Source: Nitrososphaerota archaeon
GTDB taxonomy: Archaea > Thermoproteota > Nitrososphaeria > PSMU01
Assembly: GCA_040290255.1 (NCBI GenBank)
Contig: PSMU01000001.1
Coordinates: 338,385-402,384, forward strand
DNA: 64,000 bases
Reading direction: 5' to 3'
Part shown: positions 37,654 to 47,713 of the stretch, in pieces
How positions within the stretch are numbered: the stretch's first letter is position 1
How the letters are laid out: each line of letters opens with the position of its first letter
Notes under the pieces: generated by a model
What the model saw: the letters and a program-made list of their open reading frames with translations, nothing else
Told to the model about the DNA's origin: nothing
Database searches by the model: none
Translations under genes and position numbers: made by a program

Positions 37654-40188
37654 ATGTTCGAGGGCGGGGGAACGGTCGCGGCGAAGCTCCGGCAGCTCAC
37701 CGCCCATACGAGCAACCTCCCGCCCTCCATGCTCGTCTCCGCCACCTATAACGGCGAGCAGGCCGTGGCCGTGCTGAAGTTCTACGAGCCCTCGGGCCAG
37801 CGCATCTATCTCTGGTACGACAGGACGGGGCACAGGCCCTATTGCTATACGCTGCTGGGCCTTGAGGAAACCAGGGCCCGGCTCAGGGGCTTCATGGACC
37901 TGAGGTTCCAGGAGGAGGAGAAGTATGACCTGCTGGAGGATAGGCCCAGGAGGGTCACGAAGATCGTCGCGCCCGACCCGCTCACCATAGGCGGGGGCAA
38001 GAAGTCCGTCAGGAACGATATAGAGGCCTGGGAGGCCGACATAAAGTACTATGAAAACTACCTGTATGATAATAACCTGCACGTGGGCGCCTTCTACCGC
38101 ATCGTCGACGACGTGATCCAGCCCGTGCCCTATGAGCTGCCGCAGGAGGTCGGCAGGGTGCTCGAGGAGCTGCTGCAGGAGAACGAGAGGGAGCTGAGGG
38201 ACTACATCAAGGAGTGGGCGGTGCTGCTCAACCAGCCCCTGCTGAACTTCAAGAGGCTGGCCCTCGATATAGAGGTGGATGCCGGCGGCCTGAACCGCGT
38301 GCCCGACACGGCCGAGGCCAAGGAGAGGGTGCTGGCGATAGGGCTGGTGGGCAGCGATGGCAGAAAGGAGGTGCTGCTGCTCAGGAGGGAGAGGCCGCTG
38401 GGCGAGAAGGGCGGGCTGGAGGCCAGCGTCATCCCCTTCGAGGACGAGCGCGAGATGCTGCTCTCGGCCTTCGAGAGGATGATGGAGTACCCCTTCGTGG
38501 TCACGTTCAACGGCGATGACTTCGACCTCAACTACCTGTACCACAGGGCGCTCAGGCTGGGCATTCACAGGGAGGCGATCCCCATCACGATGGGCCGCGA
38601 CTATGCCGCGCTGGCGCACGGCGTGCACATAGACCTCTACCGCACCTTCGTCAACAGGTCCATCCAGAACTACGCCTTCGGCAGGAGGTACACGGAGCAC
38701 ACGCTGGAGGGCGTGGCGGAGGGGCTGCTGGGCGAGGGGAAGCTGGAGTATGAGGGGCGCCTGGAGGATCTCCCGCTGCTCTCGCTCGCCCAGTACTGCT
38801 ACAGGGATGCCCAGCTCACGTACCAGCTGACCTCCTTCGACGATGAGGTGCTGCTGAAGCTGCTGACGGTCATCGCGAGGATAGCGAAGCTGCCCATCGA
38901 TGACGTGGCCCGGCTGGGCGTCTCGCAGTGGATAAGGAGCATGATGTACATGGCGCACAGGCGCCAGGGCTACCTGATACCCAGGAAGGACGATTTGGCC
39001 AGGAAGGGGGGCGCCTCGTCGGAGGCCGTCATCAGGGGCAAGAAGTACAAGGGCGCGCTGGTGGTGGAGCCCAAGTCCGGCGTGCACTTCAACGTAAAGG
39101 TGCTGGACTTCGCCTCGCTGTACCCCAGCATCATCAAGGTCTTCAACCTCTCATATGAAACGGTGCGCTGTCCCCATCCCGAGTGCAGGGCCAACGTCAT
39201 CCACGAGACCGACCACTGGGTCTGCACCAAAAGGAGGGGCATCACCTCGCTGCTGATCGGCAGCCTGAGGGACCTCAGGGTCAAGTACTACAAGCACCTC
39301 GCCAAGAGCCCGGGGCTCAGCAGGGTGGAGAGGAGCTTTTACTCGGTCATCTCCCAGGGCCTCAAGGTGATCCTGAACGCCGCCTACGGCGTCTTCGGCT
39401 TCGAGGAGTTCCCCCTGTACTGCCTGCCCGTGGCCGATGCCACGGCCGCGATAGGGCGCTACATCATCAGCAGGACGATCGAGCAGTGCGGGACGCTGGG
39501 CGTCGAGGTGGTCTACGGCGACACCGACAGCCTCTTCATCAAGAGCCCCGCCGAGGAGCCCGTGGAGAGGATCAGGAGCTGGGCCGAGGCGGAGCTGAGG
39601 GTCGAGCTGGAGCTGGACAAGGTCTACAAGTACGCCGCCTTCAGCGGCAGGAAGAAGAACTACTTCGGCGTGCTGCCCGATGGCTCCGTGGACATAAAGG
39701 GCTTGACGGGCAAGAAGTCCCATACGCCCCTCTTCATAAAGAAGCTCTTCCAGCAGGCCCTGCAGTACTTGGGCGAGGTGAACACGCCCGAGGACTTCAT
39801 GAAGGCCCGGGAGAGGACCAAGGAGCTGCTGCGCGAGGGCTACCTGCAGCTGAAGGAGAGGAAGGTGCCGCTGGAGGAGCTGGCCTTCAGGGTGATGCTG
39901 GGCAAGAACCCCGAGGAGTATGCGGAGACGACGCCCCAGCACATAAAGGCGGCCCGGCTGCTGCAGGAGAGGGGCAAGGAGGTGAAGGCCGGCGACATCA
40001 TCTACTTCGTGAAGGTGATGGGCCCGCTGGGCGTAAAGCCCCTGGAGCTCACCAGGAAGGAGGAGGTGGACGTGGACAAGTACGTGGAGTTCCTCAAGGG
40101 CACCTTCGAGCAGGTGCTCGATGCCCTGGGCTATGACTTCGAGGAGCTGATGGGCGCCAGGAGGCTGGAGGAGTTCTTCGTCAGCTAG
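37654..40188 (+). CDS. polB: Family B DNA polymerase PolB1
   Basis: Exonuclease motifs LALDIEV, FNGDDFD, YCYRDA; polymerase motifs DFASLYPS, KVILNAAYG, YGDTDS; no intein. Confidence 0.96.
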   Translation: MFEGGGTVAAKLRQLTAHTSNLPPSMLVSATYNGEQAVAVLKFYEPSGQRIYLWYDRTGHRPYCYTLLGLEETRARLRGFMDLRFQEEEKYDLLEDRPRRVTKIVAPDPLTIGGGKKSVRNDIEAWEADIKYYENYLYDNNLHVGAFYRIVDDVIQPVPYELPQEVGRVLEELLQENERELRDYIKEWAVLLNQPLLNFKRLALDIEVDAGGLNRVPDTAEAKERVLAIGLVGSDGRKEVLLLRRERPLGEKGGLEASVIPFEDEREMLLSAFERMMEYPFVVTFNGDDFDLNYLYHRALRLGIHREAIPITMGRDYAALAHGVHIDLYRTFVNRSIQNYAFGRRYTEHTLEGVAEGLLGEGKLEYEGRLEDLPLLSLAQYCYRDAQLTYQLTSFDDEVLLKLLTVIARIAKLPIDDVARLGVSQWIRSMMYMAHRRQGYLIPRKDDLARKGGASSEAVIRGKKYKGALVVEPKSGVHFNVKVLDFASLYPSIIKVFNLSYETVRCPHPECRANVIHETDHWVCTKRRGITSLLIGSLRDLRVKYYKHLAKSPGLSRVERSFYSVISQGLKVILNAAYGVFGFEEFPLYCLPVADATAAIGRYIISRTIEQCGTLGVEVVYGDTDSLFIKSPAEEPVERIRSWAEAELRVELELDKVYKYAAFSGRKKNYFGVLPDGSVDIKGLTGKKSHTPLFIKKLFQQALQYLGEVNTPEDFMKARERTKELLREGYLQLKERKVPLEELAFRVMLGKNPEEYAETTPQHIKAARLLQERGKEVKAGDIIYFVKVMGPLGVKPLELTRKEEVDVDKYVEFLKGTFEQVLDALGYDFEELMGARRLEEFFVS

Positions 40189-41407
40189 CGCCCAGGAAGG
40201 AGGCCAGGCGGGCCAGCGCCTCCCTTATCCTTTCAACCCCCTCGCTCACGAAGGTGAGCCTTACATGCCCCGCGCCTGCGGCGCCGAAGTAGTTGCCGGG
40301 CACGACGGCCACCTTAATGCCCTCCAGCGCCCTGCGGGCGAGCTCCTCCTCGCTGAGCCCCAGCGCCTGGAGATAGCCGCGCAGCTCGACGAAGAAGTAG
40401 AAGGCCCCCTCGGGCCAGGCGAAGCCCGCCTCGGGCAGCAGGCGCTCCAGGGCCCTGCCCATCGCCTCCCTCCTCTCCCTGTAGGCCGGCAGCACCAGCT
40501 CCTCTATGTAGCGGTCCCTGCCCTCCCACGTGTAAAAGGCCAGGGCCAGCGTCTGGCCCAGCAGGCTGGGCATGAGCGTCACCAGCTGCTTCAGCTTCTC
40601 GCACCGCTCGATGATGGGCCTCGGGCCCACCAAGAAGCCTATCCTGGCGCCGGGCGCGTTCAGCTCCTTGGAGGCCGTGAAGCAGGAGAGCGTGCTCTCC
40701 TGGGGGCCGTGGGCGAGGGCATAGGCGTGCTCGCCCTCATACAGGATCCTGCGGTAGGCCTCGTCGCTGAGCAGGAAGAAGCCCCCCTCCTGCGCCAGCT
40801 CCGCCAGGGCCCTGAGCTCCTCCCGCCTCAGGACCCTGCCCGTGGGGTTATCGGGCGAGGCGTAGATGAGCAGCTTCGTCCTCCTGCTCATCCTCTCCTT
40901 CACCTCCTCGAGCGGGAGCCGGTAGCGCCCCTCCCTCCTCATCCTCACGAAGACCGGCCTCGCGCCCGCAAACCTGACCAGGTCCTCGTAGGCCACGTAG
41001 GTGGGGTCGAAGAGCAGCGCCTCATCGCCGGGCTCCAGCAGCACCTGCGTGGCCAGGAAGAGGGCCTCCTGGCTCCCGTCCGTGACGAGCACCTGCTCGG
41101 GGCCCACGTCCACATGGGCCCTCTGCCTTAGGTCCGCCGCGAAGGCCTCCCTGAGCTCATACAGCCCCGCCGTCTCGCCATAGGTGTAGGCGCCCACCCC
41201 TCCCTTCCGCAGGTGCCCAAGCCAGCGCTCGAGCACCTCCTGGGGAGGCGGAAAGCTGGGGGCGCCGCCGCCCAGCGAAATTATCTCGTGCCTGGCCTGG
41301 CTCTTCGCGATGAGCCTGGCGATCTCCCTTATGGGCGAGCCCCTGATCTCATCGACCCTGCTGCGCAGGGCCGGGGGAGGAAACATCGAGCTCGCCCCGT
41401 TGGCCAT
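40181..41407 (-). CDS. Class I/II PLP-dependent aminotransferase (aspartate aminotransferase-like)
   Basis: GLYELREA, SPDNPTG, SDEAY, TASKELNAPGARIG. Confidence 0.92.
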   Translation of the reverse strand: MANGASSMFPPPALRSRVDEIRGSPIREIARLIAKSQARHEIISLGGGAPSFPPPQEVLERWLGHLRKGGVGAYTYGETAGLYELREAFAADLRQRAHVDVGPEQVLVTDGSQEALFLATQVLLEPGDEALLFDPTYVAYEDLVRFAGARPVFVRMRREGRYRLPLEEVKERMSRRTKLLIYASPDNPTGRVLRREELRALAELAQEGGFFLLSDEAYRRILYEGEHAYALAHGPQESTLSCFTASKELNAPGARIGFLVGPRPIIERCEKLKQLVTLMPSLLGQTLALAFYTWEGRDRYIEELVLPAYRERREAMGRALERLLPEAGFAWPEGAFYFFVELRGYLQALGLSEEELARRALEGIKVAVVPGNYFGAAGAGHVRLTFVSEGVERIREALARLASFLGAS

Positions 41408-41433
41408 TTATATAACTCTATGGCCACCCCCGC

Positions 41434-42279
41434 ATGGGCTACGCGCAGCTCTACCTCTCGGGGGGAGGAGGGGGCTGGGGCAGCGGGCCCGGGCTCAGGT
41501 TCTTCGGGGCGCCCTACGAGGCCACCACCAGCTTCCGGCCGGGCTGCAGGTTCGGGCCCGCGGCCTTCAGGCAGGCCCTGATGAACGTGGAGGTCTACTC
41601 GCCCAGCAGGGACTTCGACCTGGAGGAGAGGAGCGTCAGGGACCTGGGCGACTTTAGGGCACAGGGCGAGTTCCCTCAGGTGAGGAGGGCGCTCGGGGCG
41701 CTCTGCGAGGAACTGCTGCGAGAGCCGGGGCCCGTCCTCATGGTGGGCGGCGAGCACCTGCTCACGCTCGGCTCCTTCCCGGCCTCGGGCGCCCAGTGCC
41801 TGCTGGTCTTCGATGCGCACCTGGACCTCAGGGAGGAGCTCCATGGGCTCCGGTACAGCCACGCCACCTTCCTCAGGCGGCTGATGGAGGAGGGCGCTGC
41901 GCAGCTGGTGCACGTAGGGGCCAGGGCAGCATCGAGGGCCGAGTGGGAGGAGGCGAGGAGGCTCAGGGCCAGGCTGCACCCCCTTCACGCGCTGGATGCG
42001 CGCGCCGCGAAGGAGCTCAGGGATGAGCTCTCTCCCTTCAGCCGGCTCTACCTCTCCGTGGACCTGGACGTCTTTGACCCCTCGGAGGCGCCGGGGGTGG
42101 GCAACCCCGAGGCCGGGGGCCTGAGGTTCAGGGAGTTCGTGGCCCTGCTCGAGGCCCTGGAGGGAAAGGAGGTGAGGCTCTTCGATATCGTCGAGCTCTG
42201 CCCTCCGTATGATGCGGGCGGCATCACCTCCTGCCTGGCCGCCAAGGTGGCCGTGGAGGTCGCGGCGAGGCTCCTCTAG
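41434..42279 (+). CDS. speB: Agmatinase (ureohydrolase family)
   Basis: SFRPGCRFGP, GGEH, DAHLD, SHAT, VDLDVFDP..APGVGNPE.GG. Confidence 0.9.
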   Translation: MGYAQLYLSGGGGGWGSGPGLRFFGAPYEATTSFRPGCRFGPAAFRQALMNVEVYSPSRDFDLEERSVRDLGDFRAQGEFPQVRRALGALCEELLREPGPVLMVGGEHLLTLGSFPASGAQCLLVFDAHLDLREELHGLRYSHATFLRRLMEEGAAQLVHVGARAASRAEWEEARRLRARLHPLHALDARAAKELRDELSPFSRLYLSVDLDVFDPSEAPGVGNPEAGGLRFREFVALLEALEGKEVRLFDIVELCPPYDAGGITSCLAAKVAVEVAARLL

Positions 42280-44093
42280 CGAAAGCCGGGGCGCTGTGAG
42301 AGCAGCCTGGGCAGCGCCAGCGGCCTATAGGGCTTGCCCTCGCACTCCCTCCTGATGCGGGCTATCAGCTCCTCCAGCGACATCCTCTCCACCTTCCTCT
42401 GGGCCCTGACCCTCACGGGCAGGGGCCCCCCGCCCAGCTCCTTCTCGCCCAGCACCACGATGTAGGGGATCCAGGCCACCTCCGCCTCCCTTATCTTCCT
42501 GCTCACGCTCCAGTCCCTGTCGTCCACGTCGGCCCTGATGGAGGCCCCCTCGAGGCTCCTCTGCAGGGCCAGGGCCGCATCGACATAGGGCTGGGAGAGG
42601 GGCACGAGCCTGACCTGCACCGGGCAGATCCATGTGGGCAGCGAGGGCGGCTCCCTCCTGAGGGCGGTGTCGAAGAGCAGGAACAGGAAGCGCTCCAGCG
42701 TGCCCAGGGGGGCGCTGTGCAGTATGACGGGCCTCTTCTCGCTGCCATCCCTGTCCGTGTAGGAGATGCCGAACCGCTCCGCGTTGCCCACGTCTATCTG
42801 CACCGTCGCCACCTCCCTCGGCTCCCCCCTCTCGTCGATGATGTGATACTCTATGTTGAGCACCCAATAGTACCCCGCCTCCTCGGGGTACTCCGCCACG
42901 AGCGCGGGCTTCCCCTCCACCTCCAGCAGCTGCCTGAAGAAGGGCCCCTGCTCCTCCAGCAGGCGCCTGCCCCTGATATTATACAGCGAAACGTACTCCC
43001 TGCCCAGCTCCCTGATCTGCCCGTAGATGAGCCTGTGCAGGGCCAGGAAGACGCCCTTCGCCTCCTCGAGGTCCCGGCAGAAGACGTGCAGGTCGGGCAT
43101 GCTCATCTTCCTGACCCTAAAGCCCAGCAGCAGCTCGCCTGACTGCTCGAGCCTATAGCTGTCGGCGATCTCGAAGGCGCCGAAGGGCAGGTGCCTATAG
43201 CTCAGCGTCCAGTCCCTTATCATGCTGAACTGCTGGAAGCAGGCCGCATACCTGAGCACGTAGCTGCGCGGGCCCACCCTGAGCTGGTACATGCGCTGGC
43301 CGAAGAGCTGCGCGTGCTCCCTTATCGCCTTCTCCTCCAGGCTGAACATGTTCGTGCCCTGCACGAAGTAGACCGGGAAGTCCAGGCGCTGCACCAGCTG
43401 GGCCACGTAATCGGCCGCGAGGGCCAGCATGAGCGCGCCCTCCGGCCCATAGCGCAGGTGGCCCAGGTCCGAGGCCCTCTCCCACGTTATGCCCATCCTG
43501 ACCATCTGCCTGATGAACCTGGGCTCCCTCCCCTCGCCCCTGATGCCCAGCGCCTCGCGCTCCACGAGCCGGCGAAACTCCTCGAGCCCGGCATAGTCGA
43601 AGCTCGCTGGGTCGTGCAGCCGGCCATCGAGGCCTAGGATATAGTAGAGCTTCCTGGGGGCGGCCTGGGCTTGGGTCCCTTCCTCCCCCTCCTCGTAGAC
43701 CTTGAGCTGCTCGGCCAGCGGATGCCCCTTCACGCGCAGCGTAAAGCGCTTCGTCCAGCCAAAGGGCGCGAGGGAGGCCTCGACGCCCCTTTCCTCCAGC
43801 AGGGCTCGAAGCCGCGCCAGCTCCCTCTTCGCCTCCTCCGGGGGCGCAAGCCGGTTCGAGAGGTGCGCATAGGGGTACAGCAGCACCCGTGCAGCCTTAA
43901 GCTGCTGGGCAAGGCCCGCCAGGTCGGCCGCGGCCCTGCTTGCGCACCTTTCACCATCGCCCTCCTCCACGCTGATGAAGGCGACGAGCCCCTCCCCCAT
44001 GCTCCCCCCGCGGGCCCGCTCCTCGGCCCCGCTCACCTCGGGCGCGAGGGGCTCGTATTCGAAGGCCTCGACGTGAAAGATGAGCAGCCTCAT
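42276..44093 (-). CDS. thrS: Threonine--tRNA ligase with archaeal N-terminal editing domain
   Basis: YPYAHLS, PFGW.K, GHPLAE, LRYAACF, YRLEQSGEL, MPDLH, ILHSAP.GTLER. Confidence 0.96.
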   Translation of the reverse strand: MRLLIFHVEAFEYEPLAPEVSGAEERARGGSMGEGLVAFISVEEGDGERCASRAAADLAGLAQQLKAARVLLYPYAHLSNRLAPPEEAKRELARLRALLEERGVEASLAPFGWTKRFTLRVKGHPLAEQLKVYEEGEEGTQAQAAPRKLYYILGLDGRLHDPASFDYAGLEEFRRLVEREALGIRGEGREPRFIRQMVRMGITWERASDLGHLRYGPEGALMLALAADYVAQLVQRLDFPVYFVQGTNMFSLEEKAIREHAQLFGQRMYQLRVGPRSYVLRYAACFQQFSMIRDWTLSYRHLPFGAFEIADSYRLEQSGELLLGFRVRKMSMPDLHVFCRDLEEAKGVFLALHRLIYGQIRELGREYVSLYNIRGRRLLEEQGPFFRQLLEVEGKPALVAEYPEEAGYYWVLNIEYHIIDERGEPREVATVQIDVGNAERFGISYTDRDGSEKRPVILHSAPLGTLERFLFLLFDTALRREPPSLPTWICPVQVRLVPLSQPYVDAALALQRSLEGASIRADVDDRDWSVSRKIREAEVAWIPYIVVLGEKELGGGPLPVRVRAQRKVERMSLEELIARIRRECEGKPYRPLALPRLLSQRPGFR

Positions 44094-44305
44094 GCCGGGG
44101 CTCCGAACCTCAGCCTCTCCAGCAGCCTCTCGCCCTTGGTCCTCTTCTTATAGTCCCTATAGTGGGCCCTGCAGAGGCAGCAGCGCGCGCCGGCCTCGGC
44201 GAGCACGAGGCCCGCCGCCCTCACCCGCGCCGAGGGGAGCGAGCGCACGGCCGGCGCGGAGCAGCCCTGCACGGAGCAGGAAGCGCCCTTCGCGACCCTC
44301 CCCAC
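44090..44305 (-). CDS. Small Zn-finger-like protein upstream of thrS
   Basis: CSVQGC...LCRAHYRDYKK; its stop overlaps the thrS start. Confidence 0.7.
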   Translation of the reverse strand: MGRVAKGASCSVQGCSAPAVRSLPSARVRAAGLVLAEAGARCCLCRAHYRDYKKRTKGERLLERLRFGAPA

Positions 44306-44362
44306 GGTCGCACCCTCATCCTTACCCTAAAAAGCCTTAACCCGGGCCGCACAGGGCGGGGC

Positions 44363-44929
44363 TTGCTCAACCGGTTCAGGGAGCTCTTCGCGAGGGCGCT
44401 GACGCCCATGGCCCTGGCGCTGGCGAGGGCGGGCCTGAGGCCGCTTCATGTTACGCTGCTCTCGCTGCTCCTGGCGCTGCTCGCGCTGCCCGCGCTGCTG
44501 GGCCTGCTGCGCCCCGCCCTGCCGCTCGCGGCCCTGCTCCTCCTGGGCTCCGGGCTCCTGGATGCGTTGGACGGCCAGCTCGCCAGGGCGCTGGGCGCGG
44601 AGTCAAGGAGGGGGGCCTTCCTGGATTCCACCTTCGACCGCCTCTCGGAGGGCGCGATCTACATAGGCCTGGCGGCCGGCGGCTGGGTGCCCGCCTACCT
44701 GGCCACGCTGGCGCTGCTGCTCTCGCTCATGGTGAGCTATGTGAGGGCCCGGGCCGAGGGGCTGGGCGTGCAGCTGAAGGGCGTGGGCTTCGCGGAGAGG
44801 GCCGAAAGGCTCCTGATCCTCTCGCTCTCCCTCCTGCTCGGCTATCCGGCGCCGGGCGCCGTGCTCGTCGCGCTGCTCTCCGCCCTGGCCCTGGCCCAGA
44901 GGATATGGGCCGCGCTAAAACAGCTTTGA
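44363..44929 (+). CDS. CDP-alcohol phosphatidyltransferase (archaetidylinositol phosphate synthase-like)
   Basis: DALDGQLAR...GAFLDSTFDRLSE, VSYVRARAE, ERAER. Confidence 0.92.
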   Translation: MLNRFRELFARALTPMALALARAGLRPLHVTLLSLLLALLALPALLGLLRPALPLAALLLLGSGLLDALDGQLARALGAESRRGAFLDSTFDRLSEGAIYIGLAAGGWVPAYLATLALLLSLMVSYVRARAEGLGVQLKGVGFAERAERLLILSLSLLLGYPAPGAVLVALLSALALAQRIWAALKQL

Positions 44930-45202
44930 GGGGAGCCTCCTCTCCTCCTCGGCCCTGACCTTCACCACGCCGAAGTGCACCGCGCAGGAGACGCAGTAAT
45001 ACTTCATGATCGGCATGCGGGGCACATAGGCGCCCTTCTCCTTGAGCTCCCTGGCCAGCATCGGGTCCACCGGCGAGACGAAGCTCGTCACCTTCTTGGC
45101 CTTATCCCTGGGGATGAGCGCCCCGCAGTTCGTGCAGTGCACCAGGTCGGACCTGCCCTTGCCTCCCTTAGCCCTTCCCCTGTTCTTCCTCTTCTTTGGC
45201 AC
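44915..45202 (-). CDS. rps26e: 30S ribosomal protein S26e
   Basis: PKKRKNRGRAKGGKGR, CTNCG..PRDKAKK, YCVSCAVH; GTG start inferred. Confidence 0.96.
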   Translation of the reverse strand: MPKKRKNRGRAKGGKGRSDLVHCTNCGALIPRDKAKKVTSFVSPVDPMLARELKEKGAYVPRMPIMKYYCVSCAVHFGVVKVRAEEERRLPSKLF

Positions 45203-45261
45203 GGCCTCAGCTTCTCGCCGCCGTAAATAAACGTTATTAGACCTGGCCATAACCGCTGCGG

Positions 45262-46188
45262 ATGCCCTACTTCACGCTCGTGGGCCACATCACGCTGGAT
45301 TACATCTTCCAGGAGGGGAGGCTGAGGTACAGGGGGCTGGGGGGCCCGCCCTCGTATGCCTCCGCGCTTCTCCAGGCGGAGGGCGAGAGGGCCTACGTGA
45401 TCACGAAGCATGGGCCCAGGCCGCCGAAGGAGTGGGCGCTGCTGCTGGCCATGGGCAGGATGGCGCTCGCGCCCGGCTATGAGGAGCCCAGCAGGCCCAC
45501 CACGAGCTTCAGCCTCAGCTACAGGAGGGGGCGGCGCAGGGTGAGGCTGCTCGCCTACTGCGCGCCCATCGCGCCCCAGCAGCTCGTGCAGGGGCCCATG
45601 GACGTGGCCCTGATATCGCCGGTGATGAAGGAGGTGGACGAGGGCGCGCTGGCCATACTTCGCTCGAGGGCCCAGCTGAGCCTGCTGGACCCTCAGGGCC
45701 TGCTGAGGAGCGCGGATGAAAGGGGCCGCTGCCGCCTTTCCCCTCCGCCCTTCAACCCGCTGCGCTATGCCGATTACGTGAAGCTCGGTGGCGAGGAGGC
45801 CGAGGCGCTCCTGGGCCCCCTCGCGCCCGCCGAGGCCCTCGAGAGGCTGCTGGCCCGAGGCGCCAGGGGCATCCTGCTCACGGGCAGGAGGGAGGTCTAC
45901 CTGAGGGTGGGCGGCGCGGCCTACCATCTGCCCCTTCCCAGGGTCCGCGCGCTGGACCCCACGGGGGCCGGGGATATCTTCTGCGCCTCCTTTCTCCTAG
46001 GCCTGGTGCGCAAGGGAGATCCCCTGCTCGCCCTGGCCGGCGCGGCGGTTCAGGCCCAGGCGGCGGTGAGGTTGGGCCTGGGCATAAGGAAGGTCCTGGC
46101 GCTGAAGGAGGCCCCCTCGCTCATGGGCAAGGGCCTTATGAGGAGGGCCGAAATCCTGCTGCAGCGGCTCAGGAGGCTAAGCGGCTAA
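45262..46188 (+). CDS. PfkB-family carbohydrate kinase
   Basis: GHITLD, GGPPSY, LDPQG, DPTGAGDIF. Confidence 0.88.
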   Translation: MPYFTLVGHITLDYIFQEGRLRYRGLGGPPSYASALLQAEGERAYVITKHGPRPPKEWALLLAMGRMALAPGYEEPSRPTTSFSLSYRRGRRRVRLLAYCAPIAPQQLVQGPMDVALISPVMKEVDEGALAILRSRAQLSLLDPQGLLRSADERGRCRLSPPPFNPLRYADYVKLGGEEAEALLGPLAPAEALERLLARGARGILLTGRREVYLRVGGAAYHLPLPRVRALDPTGAGDIFCASFLLGLVRKGDPLLALAGAAVQAQAAVRLGLGIRKVLALKEAPSLMGKGLMRRAEILLQRLRRLSG

Positions 46189-47627
46189 TAGGCCTTGCCG
46201 AAGTAGGCAATGACGGAGGGCCCGGTGCCGCAGTAGATGCAGCCCTCCTGCACCTCCTCGGGCTTAAGAGGTATGAGCCTGATATCGGCGCCCGTCTCCT
46301 GTTTTATGCTGGCCTCGCACTCGCCCGACCCGCACCAGGGCGCCGCGATGAAGCCGCCGAGCTCGCTCAGCGCGCGCCTGAACTCCTCATAGCCCTTGAC
46401 CCTGTGCGTGAGCCTCTCGCGCACCTCCCTGGCCCTCCTCCTCAGCTCCTCCTGTATCTCTTCTAGGAGCCGGGCGGCCCTCTTGGGCGCCTGGGCGGCC
46501 TGCACCTTCTCCTTCTGCAGCGTGTCCCTCCTGGCCAGGATGCACGTGCCCTCCCGGACATCCCTGGGCCCCACCTCGAGCCTCAGCGGCACGCCCTTGA
46601 GCTCCCAGTCGTTGAACTTCCAGCCGGGCGTGTGCCAGTCCCTGGCGTCCAGCTCGGCCCTGATGCCCTGCTCGAGCAGCGCGCGGTGCAGGGCCCTGCA
46701 GTGCTCCAGCACGGCCTCCTTCTCCTCCTCCTTATAGTAGATGGGCACGAGCACCGCCTGAATGGGCGCGATCCTGGGCGGCAGCACGAGCCCCCTATCA
46801 TCGCCGTGCAGCATGAAGACGGCGCCCAGGAGCCTCCACGAGACGCCCCAGGAGGTCTGCCAGACGTACTCCCACCTGCCCTCCCTGCTCAGGTACCTTA
46901 TCTCAAAGGCCCTGGCGAAGCGATCCCCTAGATGGTGGGAGGTGCCCAGCTGCAGGATGGTGCCATCGGGCATGACGCCCTCGAGCGTGAGCGTATAATC
47001 CGCGCCCGCGAACTTCTCCCTCTCCGACTTCCTGCCCGCCAGGGGGGCCAGGGCCAGCTCCTCGACCATGAACTCCTCATAGGTGCGCAGCATGAGCAGG
47101 GCCATCTCCTCCGCCTCCTGCCTCGTGGCATGGGCCGTGTGCCCCTCCTGCCAGAGAAACTCCGAGGTCCTGATGAAGGGCTTCGTCATCTTTATCTCGG
47201 CCCTCAGCACGGAGTTCCAGAGGTTCAGCTTTATGGGGAGATCCCTGTAGCTCTTCACCACCCTGGCCAGGTGGGAGTAGATGATCGTCTCCGAGGTGGG
47301 CCTTATAGCGAGGCGCTCGCTCAACCTATCATCGCCCGCCTCCGTGACCCAGAAGACCTCGGGCACGAAGCCCTTGAAGTGCTCCGCCTCCCTCTTCAGC
47401 AGGCCCTCGGGGATCAGCAGCGGATAATAGGCGTTCCTGACGCCCAGCCGCTTGAGCCTGGCATCGAGCCCCCTCTGAATGAGCTCCCAGATGGCGTAGC
47501 CATAGGGCCTGAGGATGATGAAGCCCTTGACGTCCGCGTAATCGGCCAGCTCCGCCTTCACGATGAGCTCCGAGTACCACTGGGGAAGGGCCTCGGCCTT
47601 CTTGTACCGAAGCCCCAGCTCGCTCAT
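46185..47627 (-). CDS. proS: Proline--tRNA ligase
   Basis: RPTSET, FIRTSEFLWQEGHT, GTSHHLG, QTSWGVS.R, C-terminal AYFGKAY. Confidence 0.97.
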   Translation of the reverse strand: MSELGLRYKKAEALPQWYSELIVKAELADYADVKGFIILRPYGYAIWELIQRGLDARLKRLGVRNAYYPLLIPEGLLKREAEHFKGFVPEVFWVTEAGDDRLSERLAIRPTSETIIYSHLARVVKSYRDLPIKLNLWNSVLRAEIKMTKPFIRTSEFLWQEGHTAHATRQEAEEMALLMLRTYEEFMVEELALAPLAGRKSEREKFAGADYTLTLEGVMPDGTILQLGTSHHLGDRFARAFEIRYLSREGRWEYVWQTSWGVSWRLLGAVFMLHGDDRGLVLPPRIAPIQAVLVPIYYKEEEKEAVLEHCRALHRALLEQGIRAELDARDWHTPGWKFNDWELKGVPLRLEVGPRDVREGTCILARRDTLQKEKVQAAQAPKRAARLLEEIQEELRRRAREVRERLTHRVKGYEEFRRALSELGGFIAAPWCGSGECEASIKQETGADIRLIPLKPEEVQEGCIYCGTGPSVIAYFGKAY

Positions 47628-47713
47628 GGCGCCCCATTTCGCCCCGCGCTTAAAGCTTCTTGTGGGCGGCCTAGGCCTTAGCTAAATATGTAGGGCCCCT
47701 AAGGCGGGAGGGG

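Noticed and set aside
37360-39087. Long antisense or alternate-frame ORFs (this one, 22203..23402, 26219..27481, 50550..51755 and others)
   Set aside because: Shadow ORFs caused by high GC and codon bias, opposite well-supported genes, with no recognisable motifs
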